Shown here one piece after another: positions 61,426 through 64,000 of a stretch of 64,000 nt of DNA (position 1 is the first letter of the stretch; each line of letters starts with the position of its first letter). A program made the translations under genes and the position numbers. Under the pieces are notes generated by a model that was given only the letters and a program-made list of their open reading frames with translations, did not search any database and was not told where the DNA came from. Source of the stretch: Chloroflexota bacterium (GTDB lineage: Bacteria; Chloroflexota; Anaerolineae; VGOG01); assembly GCA_030611885.1 (NCBI GenBank), contig JAUWOY010000011.1, forward strand, positions 9,456-73,455, given 5' to 3'.

Positions 61426-63243
61426 ATGCGAACAGACGAATCAGCAAGACTAAAGCTAGAGCGCGTGTTGCGGCTCGACTTCGCCTTGCGCCTGGTCTGG
61501 CAAAGCGCGCCAGGCTGGACGATAGCCAGCCTGGCGCTCCTGGTTGTGCAGGGCGCGCTGCCGCTGGTGTCGCTCTATCTCATGAAGCTGGTGGTGGACG
61601 CGGTGACCACCGCCCTGGAGGCTTCCGACAAAGGTGCCGCCTTCGGGCAGGTGGCGCTGCTCATCGGTCTCATGGGCGGGGTGGCCCTGGTCAGTGCAGT
61701 AGCCCGCTCAATAGCGGGCCTGGTCAGCGAAGCGCAGGGCCAGGTGGTCACTGATCACATGAGCGATCTTCTCCACGCCAAGTCCATCGAGGTAGACCTG
61801 GAGTATTACGAGAGCGCGCAGTACTACGACAAGCTCCACCGCGCCCAACGGGAAGCCCCCTACCGGCCCATCCGCATCGTGAATGGCCTGGTGCAGGTCG
61901 CTCAGAGCGGAATCTCCCTGCTGGCGATGGCCGGCCTGCTGTTCTCGTTCCATTGGGGCATCGCCGCCATCCTGTTCGTCGCGGCTATTCCCGGACTCTT
62001 CGTGCGCCTGAGATATGCTGGCCAGACGTATCGCTGGCAACGCCGAAGTACCCCCGCCGAACGGCAAGCCTGGTATTTTCACTGGCTGCTCACCGGAGAC
62101 GGGCACGCCAAGGAAATCCGGCAATTTGATCTAGGATCCCTGTTCATGCGCCGTTTTCGCGACCTGCGCCAGCAGCTCCGCCGGGAGAAAATCGAGATCG
62201 CCACCAGGCGCTCCGTGGCGGAGCTGGTGAGCCAGGCCAGCGCCACCATCGCGGTATTCGGCTCGTACGCCTTCATCGCCTACCGCACGGTGCAGGGTGC
62301 CATCACCCTGGGCGACCTGGTCATGTATTACCAGGCGTTTCAGCGCGGGCAGAGCTTTCTGCGCGAGATGTTGGGCGGCCTGGCCGGCCTCTACGAGGAC
62401 AATCTGTTTCTCTCCAATCTCCACGAGTTCTTTGAGCTGAAATCAAAGGTCGTCGAACCGTCGCATCCCAGGCCCGTTCCCCAACCCATGCAAATCGGCC
62501 TCGCCTTTGACCACGTCAGTTTTCGGTATCCCACAGGCACCAGGAAGGTGCTGGAGGACATCAGCCTGACCATTCGGCCGGGGGAAGTGGTAGCCCTGGT
62601 GGGCGAGAACGGCTCCGGCAAGACGACCCTGATCAAGCTGCTGTGCCGATTGTACGACCCCGCCAGTGGGATCATCACCCTCGACGGCGTTGACCTGCGC
62701 CAGCTTGAGACGACCGCGCTGCGGCGCGAGATCAGCGTCATCTTCCAGGACTATGCCCAGTACCATCTGACGGCGCGGGAAAACATCTGGTTTGGGAACG
62801 TTGCCCTGCCGCCCGACCAGGAACGGATCGTGGCGGCGGCGCGCCATGCCGGCGCTGACGAGGTCATAGCGGGGTTACCCCAGGGCTACGAGACCATCCT
62901 GGGCAAGTGGTTTGAGAACGGGGAGGAACTCAGCGTGGGCGAGTGGCAGAAGGTGGCTCTAGCGCGGGCGTTTATGCGCGACACCCAGATCATCGTGCTG
63001 GACGAACCGACCGGTGCTCTGGACGCCGGGGCCGAGTACGAGGTCTTCAAAAAGTTCCGCCAACTGGCCGAAGGCCGCACTGCCATCCTCATCAGCCATC
63101 GCTTCTCGACCGTCAGGATGGCCGACCGCATCTTCGTGCTGGAGGGTGGGAGAATCATTGAGAGTGGCACCCACGACGAGCTGGTTCGCCTGGGCGGAAC
63201 GTATGCGCGCCTGTTTGAGACACAGGCCCAATATTATCGGTGA
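61426..63243 (+). CDS. ABC exporter, fused TMD + NBD
   Basis: Walker A GENGSGKT, signature LSVGEWQ, Walker B IIVLDEPT, SHRFS. Confidence 0.93.
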   Translation: MRTDESARLKLERVLRLDFALRLVWQSAPGWTIASLALLVVQGALPLVSLYLMKLVVDAVTTALEASDKGAAFGQVALLIGLMGGVALVSAVARSIAGLVSEAQGQVVTDHMSDLLHAKSIEVDLEYYESAQYYDKLHRAQREAPYRPIRIVNGLVQVAQSGISLLAMAGLLFSFHWGIAAILFVAAIPGLFVRLRYAGQTYRWQRRSTPAERQAWYFHWLLTGDGHAKEIRQFDLGSLFMRRFRDLRQQLRREKIEIATRRSVAELVSQASATIAVFGSYAFIAYRTVQGAITLGDLVMYYQAFQRGQSFLREMLGGLAGLYEDNLFLSNLHEFFELKSKVVEPSHPRPVPQPMQIGLAFDHVSFRYPTGTRKVLEDISLTIRPGEVVALVGENGSGKTTLIKLLCRLYDPASGIITLDGVDLRQLETTALRREISVIFQDYAQYHLTARENIWFGNVALPPDQERIVAAARHAGADEVIAGLPQGYETILGKWFENGEELSVGEWQKVALARAFMRDTQIIVLDEPTGALDAGAEYEVFKKFRQLAEGRTAILISHRFSTVRMADRIFVLEGGRIIESGTHDELVRLGGTYARLFETQAQYYR

Positions 63244-63291
63244 AGGCGTACTCGTTCACCGTGTCCTCTAGCGACCGCGAAGACACAAAGG

Positions 63292-63999
63292 TCATGATCC
63301 ACCCTCTTGCACGAGAGCCAGTTTCTCCTCCAGCAAGGGGATGATCCTGGGGTCGAGAAGGTGCCTCTCTATCTTCAAGCCCGTATCAACGGGTGCCTGG
63401 GGAAGCTCATAAGCGGACTTCACCTGTTGGATCAGGTCGGTCTTCTGCAGTTCGAACTCCACGTCGGACAGCCCTTTCGCCTCCTCCAGAATAGCAAGTA
63501 TTCTCACCGTTTCCGCCTCTTCATTGATGGCCAGCACGGAACCCCTGGGCAGGTGGATCTTCAGCCGCTCCATGATCCTTCGTGCTATCTCTTCTTTGTA
63601 TCTCTCGAACCTGGCGGTTGGTATGGCCCTGATGCGTGCCAGAACCCCTTCAGCGGCGGTGGTGTCCTCCGCCTGGCCGATTCGCGCTCCACCCTGGGGC
63701 GGGATGACGCAGGGGATGAAGTGCTCCAGGGCGTAGATTTGATGCCCCTCCAAAATGACCTGCACCTCTCGCGCGATCCTGGTCATCTCCGCTTGGTATT
63801 CCTCTCTGAGATCCAGGTTTTTACTGCGAATGGAGTACCATTGTTCTCTTGAGGAATCCGTGATGTTCTCGTCTTTCATCAGGGTGGCCCTCAGCTCGCT
63901 CAGCACGGCGACTGTCTCCTCGACGTTTTCATCAGCCTTGCCTTGAAGCTCCTCTCGGATCTCCTGAGCTTCTTTGGCCTTTTCGAGGAGGAAACGCAT
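63292..63999 (-). CDS. Hypothetical helical protein, 5'-partial
   Basis: Open frame of at least 235 codons reaching the window edge; Glu/Lys-rich; converges on the ABC gene. Confidence 0.65.
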   Translation of the reverse strand: MRFLLEKAKEAQEIREELQGKADENVEETVAVLSELRATLMKDENITDSSREQWYSIRSKNLDLREEYQAEMTRIAREVQVILEGHQIYALEHFIPCVIPPQGGARIGQAEDTTAAEGVLARIRAIPTARFERYKEEIARRIMERLKIHLPRGSVLAINEEAETVRILAILEEAKGLSDVEFELQKTDLIQQVKSAYELPQAPVDTGLKIERHLLDPRIIPLLEEKLALVQEGGS

Positions 64000-64000
64000 C

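Noticed and set aside
61426-63243. RiPP or lasso peptide cluster
   Set aside because: Only the transporter is present; no precursor, cyclase or peptidase is visible.

Overview
Bacterial chromosomal window of moderately high GC. Gene content and style suggest Chloroflexota/Anaerolineae, but this is an inference. About 58 kb of genes run on the + strand. (1) 0.6-40 kb is a very large, mosaic surface-glycan locus. It has three aminotransferase/N-acetyltransferase sugar modules, a heptose-like pathway, two Wzx flippases, several glycosyltransferases, two GT-C-like polytopic proteins, an O-antigen-ligase/TPR fusion, a WecA/TagO-like transferase and uppS. (2) 40-57.9 kb is housekeeping (Val T-box, valS, hutI, ffh, rpsP, duplicated khpA, rimM, dprA, manC, topA) with toxin-antitoxin cassettes inserted throughout. 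One cassette sits between the T-box and valS. (3) 57.8-61.2 kb is a minus-strand DNA-repair-like cluster: a truncated PolX N-terminus, an SH3-like membrane protein, a radical SAM enzyme fused to a PolX-type helix-hairpin-helix domain, and a divergent Fpg/Nei. An ABC exporter follows. At least 11 short heptamer or octamer tandem arrays and about 8 miniature palindromic elements are scattered across the window. Many lie in-frame inside conserved genes (valS, topA, hutI, glycosyltransferases), some as inverted pairs with stop-avoiding unit variants. No rRNA, tRNA, CRISPR array or transposase was recognised.
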